Source: Leptogorgia sarmentosa (Eukaryota). From it: DNA of 64,000 nt. Below the pieces are notes generated by a model, which saw only the letters and a program-made list of their open reading frames with translations, made no database searches and was not told where the DNA came from. The stretch covers positions 21,762,001-21,826,000 of the forward strand of contig OZ210885.1 in NCBI GenBank assembly GCA_964658305.1, given 5' to 3'. Made by a program: the position numbers and the translations under genes. This document shows, in pieces, positions 62,288 to 64,000 of the stretch; positions within the stretch are counted from its first letter, which is position 1; each line of letters begins with the position of its first letter.

Positions 62288-62745
62288 TTACAATAATAAT
62301 AAGAATCAAGAAACACTGTATATAAGTGTATATAAATCCGTTTCGCTTTAAATTCTTAAATTGATATTAGTGATAGACATGCAGTGATCAACTCGAAAGC
62401 TTTTGGCTACTTTGATCACTGCGCATGATAATTTATTTGTAATTATTGTAACTTAATTTCCCTTTTTTGTGTAACAACTGTGTATCTGTTGTATTAGAAT
62501 GTATGTATATATAATTGTGCAAATTTGAATAAAGTCTAAAGTCTAAAAAAGCTCAGGTAACCACCTGAGGTGGTTAGGTGCGACACTTTCCCCCGTTGGC
62601 GATTTCAAGTTAAAACTTTTTCCTCAAACTGACCACACCTAGCACAAATTGCATTAGTTAGTGTGAATTCCGCCAGGAGACGAAGCTGGACCGAGAGTAC
62701 AAAACGAAAATTTTGCAGACCCGAATTGCACGAATTTCATTAAGT

Positions 62746-62877
62746 ATGGCGGACGAAGAGCAATACCCTGTTCGCCCACCAGCAGAAGCTGTCCCACAAG
62801 AGAATGACCAAGCCGCCGCTTTGCCGCAAGCTGTTCAACCCGAGCTTCCACGACAACAAGTACCAGACGATCTCGAG
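62746..62877 (+). CDS. Possible first coding exon of an unidentified gene (44 aa, Pro/Ala/Gln/Glu-rich)
   Basis: ATGGCGGAC start, GC-rich codons, GAG|GTATT donor followed by intron-like sequence. Confidence 0.35.
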
Positions 62878-63171
62878 GTATTCCTATGCATATTCTTTAG
62901 CGTGAATATCGTTGTGCTAGTCTGTACTGTCTATGTGCCTGCATGGCCACTCTTTATGGCTTTATATGGTTTATGGGGACCCATTTGACATAATCTACCA
63001 GGTTTTGTTGTCTCAAATGCTGGTTACACGACTGGTCCCTTTTACCTGAATGCCGTGAACTCATGCCTCATGACTGGTAATGTGTGCACCGTACTGTTTT
63101 CTTTTCATGAGTCTGGCAGTTTAAACAATTGGAAAGGTTCATTGCTTCCATATGACAGTGTAATTGTATAC

Positions 63172-63690
63172 ATGCAGTGCCCGTGACTAATGGTTGCGGG
63201 AAGATTTGGGCTATTTATGACCCGTGCCTTGTGATATTTGTGCCTGGGAAGCCTGAACCGGTGTAAACGACCATTTATTTGTCTGTAGAAGTTTTATTTC
63301 GCATTGTGCAGCGCCCCGTGTACGCGACCTTACGGGAAGGCTTGAGCTGTATGTTACCAGTGCCCTGTAATATTTATTACGGGAAGCTTGAACTGGTGTG
63401 AATACCCCTTTGTTCTATCTGTGGGTGTTGTTAGTCAGTATTGTGTGCAGCGCCTCGTGACGGAAAAGTCGCGAGAAGGCTTGAGCTGTATGTTACCAGT
63501 GCCCTGTAATATTTACTACGGGAAGCTTGAACTGGTGTGAATACCCCTTTGTTCTATCTGTGGGTGTTAGTCAGTATTGTGTGCAGCGCCTCGTGACAGA
63601 AAAGTCGCGGGAAAGCTTAAGCTGTATGTGACCAGTGTCCTGTAATATTTATTACGGCAAGCTTGAACTGGTGTGAATGTTTTTGAACTG
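63172..63690 (+). repeat. Minisatellite, ~136-139-bp unit, about 3.7 copies
   Basis: Units start near 63172 (diverged), 63306, 63445 and 63581 (GTGCAGCGCC..GGGAAGCTTGAACTGGTGTGAAT). Confidence 0.9.
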
Positions 63691-64000
63691 GCTGAATGTA
63701 TTTGGTGGCTGACGCAGTTGCGTAATTTGTGAGCTAAAGTCACTCATGTGCGCCATTTGTGTATGTGTAGACTCTGATAGTCATGTATGCTGTTTCTTTA
63801 TGAGAAACAGAAAGTGTTTTAACAACTTTGACGTACAATTACACCACACCGTTGGTGATCTATGTATTAGCTATCAGAGGTGTGCTAATCCTGACTGTAT
63901 TTATTTTATCTTAGACCCTACAGGCTAGATATGAGGAGCTAAAAACATCAATGGACTTGCTCGCAAGTGCGTCTGTTCCATTCATTGGCTGTTCCTCGAG

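Larger units (their letters stand above)
54540..62550 (+). mobile_element. L2/Crack-like LINE C, near full length, ORF1 split by Academ #3
   Basis: ORF1 54626-55080 + 59010-~59290 (HIST|AHRLP restored); ORF2 ~59400-62287; AATAAAGTCTAAAGTCTAAAAAA tail. Confidence 0.85.

Noticed and set aside
63172..63690. Regularly spaced repeats as a CRISPR-like array
   Set aside because: Whole ~137-bp units are repeated with no unique spacers; eukaryotic context, no cas genes.

Overview
Eukaryotic, AT-rich, intron-containing DNA made almost entirely of nested transposable elements. The TE repertoire resembles a marine invertebrate, probably an anthozoan; this is inference only. No intact host gene, RNA gene or CRISPR array is supported. 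Reconstructed from TSDs, terminal repeats and re-joined reading frames, the window holds two hAT transposases plus a hAT MITE, three Academ (XPG + Cys-rich) DNA transposons, and a Kolobok-like remnant. It also holds three CR1/L2-group LINEs plus a LINE 3' fragment, an RTEX-like LINE, a Tc1/mariner-type MITE and a PIF/Harbinger-ISL2EU transposase relic. A five-level nest runs RTEX > IS3EU-like transposon > BEL/Pao LTR element > tyrosine-recombinase (DIRS/Ngaro-like) retroelement > Gypsy LTR element. Two observations stand out. (1) Two IS3EU-like transposons (TAY..RTA ends, 6-bp TSDs, long TIRs) share a convergent two-gene layout, but their second genes encode different protein-modifying enzymes: a Zn-ribbon/CUE/HECT ubiquitin ligase in one and an alpha-kinase in the other. 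(2) The YR retroelement shows no long terminal repeats; instead it carries a 3' cluster of hairpins with different stems but an identical GGGG-TTAAGAT-CCCC cap. All domain calls come from motif recognition by eye, not database searches.
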